Under the pieces are notes generated by a model. It worked only from the letters and a program-made list of their open reading frames with translations, made no database searches and had not been told where the DNA came from. The translations under genes were made by a program, and so were the position numbers. Below are positions 1-14,303 of a DNA stretch of 64,000 nt, piece by piece. The DNA is from Octopus vulgaris. Its lineage: Eukaryota. The stretch is taken from the NCBI GenBank assembly GCA_951406725.2, contig OX597831.1:33914001-33978000 (forward strand), in the 5' to 3' direction. Position 1 is the first letter of the stretch. Every line of letters begins with the position of its first letter.

Positions 1-94
1 TGTACTTTCTCATCCAAAATAGATGTATGCATGAGTGTGTGTGTTACATACATGCATCCATCCATCCATCCATCCATACATACATACATTTCAA

Positions 95-143
<49 letters not shown>

Positions 144-300
144 AAATACATACATATATATATGTATATATATATATATGTATATATATATATGTATATA
201 ATATATATGTATATATATATGCATATATATATATATATATATACACAAACACACACACATATATATACATATATATATATATATATGTATATATACACAA

Positions 301-336
<36 letters not shown>

Positions 337-1018
337 GCATATATATACATATGTATGTATATATGTATGCACATGCACATGCACATCTATCTCCCTATAT
401 TCTTCAATGCGTTTAAAGTTAAGTAGGCGTCTTTCAAACCCAATAATCAATATTTGATGGGAATGTACAGGTTTTATATCTAAATTTCAAGAAGCTACAA
501 TTACAGTCTTTACTATCATACGTTCTTGTTAAATATAGAGACAAGAGCCTAGCAGCGAAACGGCTGTAATGTGGTCCCTTGAATAATATATTAATACGTA
601 TGTGTATGTATGCAGGTGTTTCCATGTATATAAGTATGTATTTAAGTCTGTATGTAACTATATTTTTATCCTCTTCTCCTACACCCCCAGTTTAATTCTG
701 AACGTTTTCCTTTTTTTTATCCTTAATTTCCCCTCTCACCTCGCCTCACCTTTTTCCTTTCTCTTCAGTCTCAATTTTGCCTTCTTCTCCTCATCCCATT
801 ACATTTCCCTTTCTTCCTACACTGTTTCTTCTACCATACCTTGTTCACGTAAGAAGCTCGCATGGTGCCTTATCAGTTGCAGCCATTAAAAAAAAAAAGA
901 CTTATACGATATAAAACTCTGCTGTCTCGTATTAATTTCTCTCTTTACTACTTTCCTTGAAGAGAAATGTATCGAAAACGTTGGATTTGTCCAAACCTTA
1001 CGGCAAGCTCACTACACA

Positions 1019-1108
<90 letters not shown>

Positions 1109-1369
1109 CATACATACATACATACATACATACATACATACATACATACATACATACATACATACACGGTGTACAGATATTGTACATTAAGAAAAAGGAG
1201 GCAGTCAGGATCTAGGAAAGTTCTTTACTTGCGCTTTCGTTCGTTTAACCAAATTTTTCAGGAAAAGTTGAACCAGAGTGATAAAAATCTCTCTCTCTCT
1301 CTCTCTCAATCTATCTATCCATCCATCATCCATCCATCATCTATCTATCTATCTATCTATCTATCTATG

Positions 1370-1426
<57 letters not shown>

Positions 1427-1636
1427 CTCTATCTCTCTATCTATCTCTCTCTCTATATATATAAACACACACACACACGCAAAGGCACAAATATATGCAT
1501 AAAAAGTAAAAAGAAAGTTATATATATATATATTTATATTCATATATATTCATTCATATGTATATACTTGTCTATAAATATATATATATATATTCATGTA
1601 TATATATATATATATATATATACACATACATATATA

Positions 1637-1674
<38 letters not shown>

Positions 1675-1773
1675 TATATATGTATGTATATATATATTAT
1701 ATATATATTGATATATATGTATGTATATATATATACATGAATATATATGTATATATATGTATGTATATATATG

Positions 1774-1821
<48 letters not shown>

Positions 1822-2090
1822 CAATCATATATATGTATGTATATATATATATATATATATAAACATGTGACACTTTTGCTATGCACATTCCAATAATGGA
1901 CTTTTGTATTTTTGCTCGAAACCAGCTCCCTCCTTACAGAGAGACTCCAAATCATTAAAAGTACATGTCGGACTCCATCCAACCATTCAGCATCCATCCA
2001 TCCATCCATCCACCCTTCCATCTATTCATTCCTACTTCCATACACATCCACATATATATCCTTATATATATATATATATATATATATATT

Positions 2091-2287
2091 ACGGAGATGT
2101 ACTCGCATAGCAAGTAATTTGATCTGAGATCGTGTGCTGAAACGAAAACAATTGCAGCGTGGAAGGTGTTTATAAGCCATTTAAGAAACACACAAAAGCC
2201 GTTCGATTCACTCCAACATTTAAGTTTAATTTGTCAAAATATTTTCGTCGCTAAAATCCGCGACCTGTTCACTGACAAAGTCCGTGC
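2091..2287. repeat. ~200-bp element in (TA)n; partial inverted copy at 10507-10648
   Basis: About 140 bp of reverse-complement identity with 3 substitutions. Confidence 0.85.
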
Positions 2288-2651
2288 TATATATATATAT
2301 ATATATTCACACACACACACATAATGTATATGGCTCTCTTGTTAGCCATCACTATGGAATGCATTCCAATGTATTATAAACATAAAAATTGAATGTCTAG
2401 ATAGAATTCCTTCGGTGAGATTACACACCATAAAGACAACCCACATATTTTCTACTTGTATAGATTATACGCTAGCTTGTATATATGTTCTTCGAATTAA
2501 TTTATTTAGCAGGCTAATCCCTAAGTTAAAAAAGCTGCGAGCAAAGCATTATTTAGGCCAATTAGATTGGATTTTGCTATTTCTTACGGACTATAAGTGT
2601 AATGACGTCATGCATACCAACAGAGAAAAGAAAGGGACAGAGAAAGAGGGA

Positions 2652-2716
<65 letters not shown>

Positions 2717-2905
2717 TTTCGAGGACGAAAATTGAGGTGTACCAGGTTTCTGAAAATGCTCCAAATAAGAGCGAAACCTGTTAAGCTTCGTTTTTAACAG
2801 ACGAAGAGATTGTGTGTGTGTATATACATACATACATTCATTCATACATACATACATACATACATACATACATACATACATACATACATACATACATACA
2901 TACAT

Positions 2906-2981
<76 letters not shown>

Positions 2982-3040
2982 GTGTATATATATATATGTA
3001 TATATGTATATATATATATATATACATGTATATATTTATA

Positions 3041-3118
<78 letters not shown>

Positions 3119-3408
3119 TATGTATATGTATGCATATATATATATATTTGTTATTTGCTGTCATTGTTTGAATATATCGGATTAAACATAGACTACTTAC
3201 ATAGAATATGCAACATCGAACACTTACACCATTGAAAAGATTTTATTTACCGCGTCAAAGATTGATCAACTTACGTATGTATGTATGTATGTAAGTATGT
3301 ATGTATGTATGTATGTATGTATGTATGTACGTACTTATGTATGTATGTATGTATGTATATATATATATATATATATGTATATATAAAGATATGTTTATAT
3401 ATATATGT

Positions 3409-3501
<93 letters not shown>

Positions 3502-3619
3502 TATATAAACCAGTCAATGTTTAACGCGCTAAGTAATTCGTTTACAATGTGGTAAATGTTCGATGGAATATATTCTATGTATACATACATACAGTTATAG
3601 AAATTCGGATAATATATGA

Positions 3620-3664
<45 letters not shown>

Positions 3665-5418
3665 TATCCTCATGCGTATTACATTTGTTATGAACAAACG
3701 AAATGCTAACCTCAAATCAATTAAAAGTAGATATATATGTATTTAGCGAAGGCTGATGATTCACTCCGTCACAATTCAGTGATTCCCTCTCTGTATGGTC
3801 ATTCAGGCAGAAACGTGTAGAAGAAGTTGTGAAAATTTTTATAACGTTAAACCATATTGCCGCATTGCTGTCCTATAGGATTCTGTAGGCGAATGAAAAG
3901 AGCTGATTTGTTTTACGTGATATTTGTCTTTGGTGTACACCCATGCACACATACTCTGACAAACACATGAAAATATATCTGTTCTATAAAGTATCTGTAT
4001 TTTACAAAACTACATAATATTTCGATCATTTGAATCACATTATTTAATTAAAATGGTGGACGCCGAGCATTTTTCTGACACGTGTGCGTTTTAACGTAAA
4101 TTTCAGACTGAAAAATTAGCGTGACTCAAAATATGTGAAAACCGGATAGTAGTATTCAAGATATGGTCCACCTGATGAACTTAGCATTTGTATTCACTTG
4201 GCTTTACTCACCAGACACGGGTCGATCCTCGAATCAGCAACAAAATCAACAACAACATGCTCAGCAACAACATACTAATATATTCATGCTTGTATGTGGT
4301 CCCTCGATTCGCTGTGTGTACAAGTCAACTGTCTCTCAAACTGCTCATTAGTCTTAACACAGCATGGACGTATTGGATGATGTATTTGTTGATATACTAT
4401 GCATGAAAAAAATCTAAAATATGTCTGCATAAGTGATGGCTAGTTTAATACTAGACTGAACACAATATTAAACGATGGAGAAAAGCGTAAGAATCAATCA
4501 CATTAACATGAAGTAGAACAGCCATTCCGTCTAGAATAGAGAATTTATAACCGAATAATTCAGAATATCTTACTGGATAACTTAAGGATATTATATAAAG
4601 ATAATATAAGGGATTGGCCCCTCACTTAAATGCGCAAAAATCGCCATAAAACATAACAGTGGAAATTGGAAATGCTGCCATGTCAATTTTTCATAGATTC
4701 CCTATCCATGAAAGAACTATTTTGGTGTTTGATGTAGGTAGCACAACCACAGAAACTTACTAGACATCTAGTGTAACCGAAACTAATTCCAATGCAAGAA
4801 GCCAAAGAACCGGGCTTCAACCTAGTTGTGGTGCACTAGAAAGAACAGCCAGATTTCTAGCAAGCAAAACACACTTATTGTATCGATTGTGTAAGGACGA
4901 AGGGCAAATGTGACATCAGTGGAATTGGAAATCGAAATATAAAGAGCCGGAAAAAAGAGAGCAAGGAGTTTTTTCCGATACACCATTCCTACCTCTTAAT
5001 AAAAAAAAATGATAACAAGTATTTCATTAAAAAACAAAAACAAACAGAAGTGGTCACTTTTGAACGCCGTTTTAGTATAGGTTTGTTCGATCGGGGCCTG
5101 ACCTCAACCCAAACAACATCTGTAGCAACAGTTCGTCTCAATAGACAGAATGAAAAGAAAAACAAACATTAAAATAAATAAAAAAAATATTCAATCGGAC
5201 AAACTTCAAACTAAAAAAGAAATAAGATGAGAAAATAAATAAAATTCTCTTTGGAACAAGCAACAAAGGAATCAAAGAACAGCAGAAAACTAGTAAACAT
5301 TTGTTTCTGTCCAACATTAAGTAAAAAAAAAAAAACATCGAAAAACAGAAAAAAAAAACATTAATAAAAAGGAAAAAGAACCAATAGTAAAAATATATTT
5401 GCGCATTATAACACGTCT

Positions 5419-5789
5419 AGGTGCAGGTATATTTGTGTGACTAAGAATCTCGTTTTGAAACCACGTGGTTTTGGGTTCGGTCCATCTGTGGAGCACCTTG
5501 GGCAGGTGTTTTCTATTATAGCCCCGTGCCGACCAATGCCTTGTGAGTCAATTTGGTAGACGGAAACTCTGTGGGAACTCGTCATGTGTGAGTGCATGTA
5601 TGTGTGTGTGTGTGTATGTGCATATATGCATATATGCGCGTCAGTGTGTATGTGTGTTTATGTATGTACGAATGTGTATGTTTGTCTTTGCATCTGCGTT
5701 ACACCCATGTCGCTTGACAACCAGTGTTGGTTTCATTACGTCCCCGTAACTTAGCTGTTCAACCAAAGAGATCTATAGACAAAATACCA

Positions 5790-5854
<65 letters not shown>

Positions 5855-6205
5855 CCTAAGTACTGAAGTCAAATTGTTCAACAAAAATTCTTGAAGGTGG
5901 TGCTGCAGCATGGCCGCAATCCATTGACTATAATAAGTCAAAGGAGTTTACGTACAGGCATAGCTGTGGTTAAATAGTTCAGTTTGCAGCCACCTGATTC
6001 GATTTCGGGTTAATTTTCAATGCACGGGACTGTGGGCAAATGTCGCGATTGAATTTGGTTTAAGTCACAGTTACATAGTAGTTCACTAAAAAGAGACCGA
6101 TAGAATAAGAAGCAGACTTAAGAATACGCAATGGAGTCGCATTGATCGATGAAAGCGTTCAAGGTGGTGCACCTTCATGAACGCAGCCAATTGTTTAAAA
6201 CAAGG
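5419..6205 (+). mobile_element. Two adjacent diverged SINE family B copies
   Basis: Heads at ~5419 and ~5955; both carry aagaga..atag(a) and aaggtggtgc tail motifs. Confidence 0.7.
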
Positions 6206-6262
6206 ATGTTTAGAAAAAGGCATTTGTAAGGTATGAACGCATATATTCAAAATGCGGCGAGC

Positions 6263-7110
6263 TAGCAGATTCGTTGGCACGATTCAGACGAAATGCTTAG
6301 CAGTATTTCGTCTGTCTTTACAAATTCCACAAAGGTCGACTTTGCTTTTATCATTTCGGGGTCGATAAATTAAGGACCAGATGCGTACTGGGTCGATCTA
6401 ATCGTCTGGTTCCCATCCCCCAAAATTTCGGGCCTTGTGCCTTGAGTAGAAAACAATCGTTGGCACGCCGGTCGAAGTGCTTAGAGGTATTTCGTCTGCC
6501 GTTACGTTCTGAGTTTATATTCCGCCGAGGTCGACTTTGCCTTTCATACTTTCGGGGTCGATAAATTAAGTACCAGTTACGCACTGGGGTCGATGTAATC
6601 GACTTAATCCGTTTGTCTGTCCTTGTTTGTCTCCTCTGTGTTTAACCCCTTGTGGTTAGTAAAGAAATAGGCATTTTGTCTGCCGTTAAGTTCTGAGTTC
6701 AAATTCCGCCGAGGTCGACTTTGCCTTTCATCCTTTCGTGGTCGATTAAATAAGTACCAGTTACGCACTGGGGTCGATATGATCGACTTAATCCGTTTGT
6801 CTGTCCTTGTTTTTCCTCTCTGTGTTTAGCCCCTTGTGGGTAGTAAAGAAATAGGTATTTCGTCTGCCGTTACGTTCTGAGTTCAAATTCGGGCCTTGTG
6901 CCTTGAGTAGAAAAGAATCGTTGGCACGCCGGACGAAATGCTTAGCGGTATTTCGTCTGCCGCTACGTTCTGAGTTCAAATTCCGCCGAGCTCGACATTG
7001 CCTTTCATCCTTTCGGAGTCGATTAAATAAGTACCAGTTACGCACTGGGGTCGATGTTATCGACTATCACCCCCCACCAAATTTCAGGTCTTGTGCCTCT
7101 AATAGAAAGG
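6263..7110 (+). mobile_element. Tandem multimer (~5 partial units) of tRNA-derived SINE family A
   Basis: Repeated ttctgagttcaaattccgccgaggtcgactttgcctttcatcctttcggggtcgataaattaagtaccag (B box gagttcaaattcc; central part resembles the Meta-SINE domain, from memory). Confidence 0.85.
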
Positions 7111-7269
7111 ATTATTATTGAGCCAAGCAAGGTTGAAGAGACTATCTCGATTGAACTTAGTCTATAGAAGTGAGCGCCATGGCATAAGTATCTTACGTGA
7201 GGCACAATGTCAATTATACAACCTAGGTGATATTTTTGAGACATCATTTTTGAAAAATTCTGTCTTATA

Positions 7270-7580
7270 TATCCTTTTCTACTCTAGGCACAAGGCCCGA
7301 AATTTTTGTGAAGGGGTTCAGTCGATTAGATCGACTCTAGTGCGCAACTGGTACTTAATTGATTGACCCCGAAAGAATGAAAGGTAAAGTCGACCTCAGC
7401 AGAATTTGAATTCAGAACGTAAGGACAGACGAAATACCGCTAAGCATTTCGACCGGCCTGCTAACGTTTCTTATTTCTTTATTGCCCATAAGGAGCTAAA
7501 CATAGAGGGGACAAACAAGGACAGACAAAGGGATTAAGTCGATTACATCGTGCTAACGTTTCTGCCAGCTCACCGCCTTG
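7270..7580 (-). mobile_element. SINE family A, dimeric
   Basis: Reverse complement of family A units with both tail types. Confidence 0.8.
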
Positions 7581-8579
7581 TCTGTCTTCTATACCATGAA
7601 GTACAGTGACTATAAAAACTCCATCGAGAGAATGACCAGGCTTCACTAGTAATAATACATACTTAGAATAGTAATAAGATCTTGCAAAAAATTTATTCCT
7701 CTGATGTAGCAATCAATAAATTTGTTTTCCTAAGTCACAAAATATGATTTTAGACCACTGCACTTGATTGTACACCGCTTGTAGATCTTACAGAATTTAT
7801 TATTGCGTCAATAATTTTCAGACATCGAAAACCAACGACTCTACTCAGAGAGACAAGGATGCGTCCGGTTACTTGTGGGAATTAGGAGAGTTAGTTCATG
7901 CTGTTAGGTTCCCAGCTGGATTTTGATTATTGTGTCCTTTTCGCTGAGGATCCGGCTGGGGTTGACGGCTAGCGGAAGTATCTCGCGGAAATAGAGGCTG
8001 ACTGCGATAATACTCAGAGGGTGGACCGGGACGACAAATGGCGGATGCAGCGACACGCTGCAACGGCGCATGCACCAGAGTCTTTAGAGTGTCGGATAAG
8101 AATGTCTCACGTGATTTGAATCTTCGACTCTCCGCATCCTTGGTTCAAATCCTGCAGACGTCTACTTCATCTTTCATTCTTCCAATCCAGGGTCATGGAA
8201 TGGCAGTAACGTTAGAGGGTTAGGCGAGATGTCTTCCAGTATCTGTTCCGGCTGTTTCTTTCCTTCTTTCTTTTCTTTCTTTCTTTCTTTCTTTCCTTCT
8301 TTCTTTCTTTCTTTCATTCTTTCTCTCTTCATATTTTTTTCGTTTATTTTTCTATCTCTTTTCTTTCTATCTTTACTCTCTGTCTCCATTTCTATTTCTC
8401 CTTCACTCTCGCCTTCTCTTATGTTTCTCAGATCATCATTTTTTTCATTTCTCTGCAAACAGCTTCCCTTCTATTTCTCTATGAATCTTCTAACAAGGCA
8501 TCGCCATCGGCCCAACACTTGACATTAGGCCTCTGTAATTTAATGAAAGAAAGTGTTCGCTGGGGAGTTGTTCTCACTA

Positions 8580-8645
<66 letters not shown>

Positions 8646-8646
<1 letters not shown>

Positions 8647-9215
8647 AGGGAGAATTCACAAAAAAAAAACAAAAGACGAAGACGGATGGTGTAGACAAGA
8701 AACAGATGTATTAGTTAAACGCTCGGGAAGTGAAAAAGTCTTTAACGTTTCGAGCCTACGCTCGCTCACAGAAAAGAAAACAGAAAGAAACAAGGCAAGA
8801 AATAAAGAATGTGGCTAGCGATTTATCATGACGAATGATGGACAGAGGGGTCACACAGGAGGGCTAGGAAAAAGGGGAGATAATAAAGTAGTGGTGATCC
8901 CAAAACGAAGGTGCGCGTGCGTATGTATAAGAGAGTATGTATGTGCATGTGGAAGAGGTTGGTGAACTTGACGTGTGCGTGTGTGTATGTGTAGGTGTGT
9001 GGATGTGGGGCTGGGAAGTGGTCAGTGCTAGTGTGTGCGTGGAGGTGCAATGTGATGTGATGTGGTGTTGTGTGGTATGGTGGTGTATGGTGTAGTGGTG
9101 TGTGATGTGGTGTGATGGTGTTGGGAGGTTGGGGAGGTGAGAATGAAGAAAGCAAGGGTAGAGTGTGGGTTAAACTGAGGGTGAAGGTAGAGGTGCTGTA
9201 TGTGGGTAGGCTGAG
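8646..9215 (-). mobile_element. Penelope-like terminal repeat fragment (second copy at 21031-21223)
   Basis: 8646-8828 is homologous to 21031-21223; both carry GAGC-GTAG-GCTC-GAAACGT on the minus strand and sit in dinucleotide repeats. The Penelope assignment is inferred. Confidence 0.55.
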
Positions 9216-10044
9216 GTATATATATGTGTATACATACGCACAGATATAATTTATTATCTATTTATATATGTATTGTCTGCTTTCTGAAGTACACACTCAC
9301 ACACGCACACACACACAAATATATATATATATATATACGTGCATATATATATATATATATATATGCATACACACATACATACATGTACACATACATAGAT
9401 GCACACATACAGGCATCTATACATGTACACCAATATATATGTAAAAGCACTAAATATTCCGGTAACGCCATTGTAAACAATGGCTGCCAAATTATCTTCT
9501 AGGTCACCAAATTTCTATTAAGATAACAATAACATCAGATCTAGAATTTGTAAATGCCTGCAAGAAGAAACCGTCTTCTGAATCTTACATTTAACTTAAA
9601 CCCACATCCACAAAACACCCACCCAGCATTATATACAGCATCATAGTTACTGCGTATTGTTTTTCTTATCTACTGTTTTCCAAATGGAGCATGGTTCCAA
9701 ACAAATACACTAAAATAGCACCTATTAACCTGCCGTTATCTTAGCAGCAAATAAAACCGACTGTAATACTAAACCGCGTAAATAAACTTCTCTCTTACTC
9801 TCTCGCTCTCATATATCCAGAAAAATATAGACGCATACACATGTGCACACATGCAGGGATGACAAAGTTGCGAGAGTTTTCAATTCTACAACATTGATAC
9901 GACAAAATGACGAAAGCATGTCGATGTATAAACACTCTTGGAGCACTCACACGTAAATACTTTTGACTAAAATAAAGATACACTCCTACTACTACCACCA
10001 CCACCACCACTACTACTATCACCACCACCACCACCACTACTACC

Positions 10045-10160
10045 CCGAAATGATGAAAGGCAAAGTCGACCTCGGCGGAATTTGAACTCGGAACGTAATG
10101 ACAGACGAAATACGGCTACGCATTTCATCAAGCGTGCTAACGATTCTGCCAGCTCGCAAC
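10045..10160 (-). mobile_element. SINE family A head
   Basis: gatgaaaggcaaagtcgacctcggcggaatttgaactc...ctgccagctcgc. Confidence 0.8.
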
Positions 10161-10188
10161 CTTAACAATGATATATGTACACGTGCAT

Positions 10189-10298
<110 letters not shown>

Positions 10299-10312
10299 TA
10301 ATCTATCTTATA

Positions 10313-10507
10313 TTTCCAAATGGAGCATGGTTCCAAACAAATACACTAAAATAGCACCTATTAACCTGCCGTTATAAATAAAACCGACTGTAATACTAAT
10401 GCGTAAATAAACTTCTCTCTTACTCTCTCGCTCTCATATATCCAGAAAAATAAAGACGCATACACATGTGCACACATGCAGGGATGACAAAGTTGCGAGA
10501 GTTTTCA
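10313..10507 (+). repeat. Direct duplication of 9677-9882
   Basis: Near-identical apart from a 9-bp deletion and a few small changes. Confidence 0.92.
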
Positions 10508-11022
10508 GCACGGACTTTGCCAGTGAACAGGTCGCGGATTTTAGCGACGAAAATATTTTGACAAATTAAACTTAAATGTTGAAGTGAATCGAACGGCTTT
10601 TGTGTGTTTCTTAAATGGCTTCTAAACACCTTCCACGCTGCAATTGTTGGTATCTTATATTTATTATATGTATATGTATGTATATATGTACATATATGCA
10701 TGTATGTATGTATCTATGTGTGTATGTACGTATGTATGGATCAATATACATGGATGTGTGTGTGTACTATTGTGTGCGTATATGTGTAAGTTTGAGTGTT
10801 GAGTGTAGAGTTAAAGGCAAGGTTTTCTCAGCATGTGGATGAAACCGCAGTCGCTTCAGTTATGGTGAAGTATCACGCGTAAAAGGTGAGCTGTTGAAGC
10901 ACAATAGGTCGTGTCGCTCGATTTTCCCTCGATTTTTTTGGCTACTAATCTATTTGGTATTTAACAATATGAATGTTTGTGTGTATATATACATACATGC
11001 ATAAATACATAAACACACACAA

Positions 11023-11057
<35 letters not shown>

Positions 11058-11064
11058 CATATAA

Positions 11065-11130
<66 letters not shown>

Positions 11131-11179
11131 AGTATATATGTATATGCATATATATGTATGGATGAGTGTGTTATTATGC

Positions 11180-11234
<55 letters not shown>

Positions 11235-11369
11235 AGTGACGCACACACTTATTTAAATCTAATAGTACAAACAATTTACACGTTTTAAAGTTACGAAACA
11301 ATCTGTGTTATTAGAATTTTCTCATTGTTAAATAAAATCTCACTAAGCCATTTCTCTGCCATTTATGAC

Positions 11370-11419
<50 letters not shown>

Positions 11420-11428
11420 ATGAGAGAG

Positions 11429-11488
<60 letters not shown>

Positions 11489-11518
11489 GGATAGATAGAT
11501 AGATAGATAGGTAGATAT

Positions 11519-12050
11519 GTTTCTTTATTAGCCACACAGGGCTGCACACAGATAGAACAAATTACAAGGTAGAGCTTTTCTTTTGAAGGTTTAAAAAAAA
11601 AAAAAGGAAGGGGGAGTTTCGATCAAAAGGGATCGTAAAAGGAGAGAAAGAGGACAAAAAAAGGGGGTTAAAAAAAAAGGGGGAGAGGAAAAAAAAAAAA
11701 AAATTGATCAATAGGGATCGTTATCACAGAAATGTCAATATGAAGTGTAAAGGGGAGGACAGGTGAGGTTTACCCGTGGAAAGAAAAGCCTACGGAAAAG
11801 ACCACGGTAACCTCGGTCAATGAAGTCACATTTTATATTTTTTTTTTTTTTTTTTTGCAAATAAGCAACTCTCTGTTTTCGATTTCTGGGTTCATAGGAC
11901 TATGCTCAAGGTGGCTTCGTCATTCATACGTGCCATTCTTGCTACATTCACCCATCTTTTTTTAAAACATTCGCTAGACAAAACTTGCCTCTCTACTCTC
12001 ACTTTCCTTTTCAAGTGGTACTTGAAGAAGTTGATGAGAGATTGACCAGA
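11519..12050 (-). mobile_element. 3' fragment of the same Tx1/L1-like LINE
   Basis: Reverse complement matches ~25178-25770 ([22 protein letters not shown].. plus 3' UTR); (GATA)n on both sides. Confidence 0.88.
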
Positions 12051-12054
12051 TAGG

Positions 12055-12125
<71 letters not shown>

Positions 12126-12144
12126 TTGGATAGATAGATAGTTG

Positions 12145-12213
<69 letters not shown>

Positions 12214-12670
12214 TTGGATAGATAGATAGGCAGTTGGACATTGCACATTTCAGTTTCTCCGAGTTTCGTTCTGCAGTTCTTTCCATGTCTAGCGTATCTA
12301 GGAAGTGTGAATATTAGAAAGGATAAAGAGATTTCTTGTTTTTTTTATCCCACTCTCCGAGCAACAAACTAATACCAATTTAGTGTTCATTTTTTTTTTT
12401 ACTTAATCATTGCGTTGTATTTTTTGTAACAGTTGCAACACACACAGACACACACACACACAAACACAGAATTGTGAGTTAACAAATGAACGGAAATAAC
12501 ATTCAATATATATATTTGGAGTTGCATTTATTGAGTAACGGATTGACTTAGCTCTTCATGTTGCTCAAATTTTGTGAACGCGAAAGAAATGCTCGGCCCT
12601 CTGGATATAGGACCCCCCCACACACACAAATCTGAGCGCGCTAATTCAACAGTAACCATTGAATGCAGTT

Positions 12671-12833
12671 AGATGCAGGAGTGGCTGTGTGGTAAGTAGC
12701 TTGTTTACCAACCACATGGTTCCGGGTTCAGTCCCACTGCGTGGTACCTTGGGCAAGTGTCTTCCACTATAGCCTCGGGCCGACCAAAGCCTCGTGAGTG
12801 GATTTGGTAGGCGGAAACTAAAAGAAGCCTGTC

Positions 12834-12879
<46 letters not shown>

Positions 12880-13103
12880 ATGTGTATATGTTTGTGTGTC
12901 TGTGTTTGTCCCCTCAACATCGCTTGACAACCGATGCTGGTGTGTTTACGTCCCCATTAACTTAGCGGTTCGGCAAAAGAGACCGATAGAATAAGTACTA
13001 GGCTTACAAAGAATAAGTCCTGGGGTCGATTTACTCGACTAAAGGTGGTGCTCCAGCATGGCCGCAGTCAAATGACTGAAACAAATAAAAGATTAAAAGA
13101 GTA
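12671..13103 (+). mobile_element. tRNA-derived SINE family B (CORE-like), near full length, internal microsatellite
   Basis: A box tggctgtgtggta, B box gggttcagtccc, CORE-like accttgggcaagtgtctt, internal (TA)n, tail gcatggccgcagtcaaatgactgaaac..aaaagagt; many copies in the window. Confidence 0.85.
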
Positions 13104-13867
13104 AACAGTAAAGAGTTAAATTTACTATTATCTCTCTAAAAATAAATTTTAGTGTAATTGTAATTATTTTTCATTATATCATTTAGGGTTAATTTTCGTC
13201 AAAACACTGTAACTGCGGCACTCCGGAATTTTTACAACTCCCTTTGATCTCATATTCCGTTATTTTTGCTTCTTTCAAATTATTTCAATTCATCAACTTG
13301 ATTCAGCGTCTTTCCTGATAACTCTACCAGATTGAAAATTATATTTTTGTTTTGATTAATTATTATTTTTCACGATTCCTATTCCTAGTTTTATTGTAAT
13401 TACGGCTATTATGTTTAAAACGAGTTATTATGACGCCATTTCTGCGCCATTGCAAAACGGAGATTACTGGCTTCGTTGCCTCTTTCTCTAACATTTCCTT
13501 TGAAATATTCAAAAGCTTCAGCTCTTATGTATCCTCGAACATACTGAAAATGTTTGATAAAAAAAAAACATACCCCTTTTCTATAAAAAATTGTAGCTAC
13601 AAAACCAGTCACTGGTCGATTTCCCGGCCCAAACTAGACGTCGTATATGACCACTTAGGTCATATAATTACCTAGTAGCATTTACTGTTGGTAAGTTGCT
13701 GTTATACTTTCTTATCAAATGCTAGACTGTCCTATTTCACAGGAACAAAGCGTTTTCTGAAGTCAGTGGATTTCTAAAGAATTAACAGAAGTAGCAAGCA
13801 ATCTTCTAATATAGTATTAATGTTAACGTACTTCTATGCCCTTCTGCATTCATAATGTATATTCACA

Positions 13868-14045
13868 TATACATACAAAAAGCCAGACACACGTACGCAT
13901 ATGTACGCATCTATGTATTTGTGTACGTAAACAAACACAAGCATATATATACATTTATATATATATGTTTGTGTTTGTGTACGTGCACAAATACATAGAT
14001 GCGTACGTATGCGTACATGTGTCTGGTTTTCTATATGTATATATA
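13868..14045. repeat. Long imperfect palindrome (~82-bp arms) centred on (TA)n
   Basis: ..ccagacacacgtacgcatatgtacgcatctatgtatttgtg.. versus ..cacaaatacatagatgcgtacgtatgcgtacatgtgtctgg..; about 8 mismatches. Confidence 0.9.
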
Positions 14046-14048
14046 TAA

Positions 14049-14100
<52 letters not shown>

Positions 14101-14133
14101 ACATGTATATATATATATACATTTATATATCTA

Positions 14134-14164
<31 letters not shown>

Positions 14165-14181
14165 ATATATATATATACATT

Positions 14182-14223
<42 letters not shown>

Positions 14224-14303
14224 TATATACATACATATATGTATATATGCACATATATATATATATATATATATATCTAAATGTATAAATATATACACGC
14301 ATA

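Noticed and set aside
6263-7110. CRISPR-like repeated units
   Set aside because: Units are ~180-200-bp SINE copies without unique spacers; eukaryotic context, no cas genes.
13415-13545. Possible terminal exon on the minus strand (ttttcag then YVRGYIRAEAFEYFKG..stop)
   Set aside because: No recognisable homology or partner exons; expected by chance.
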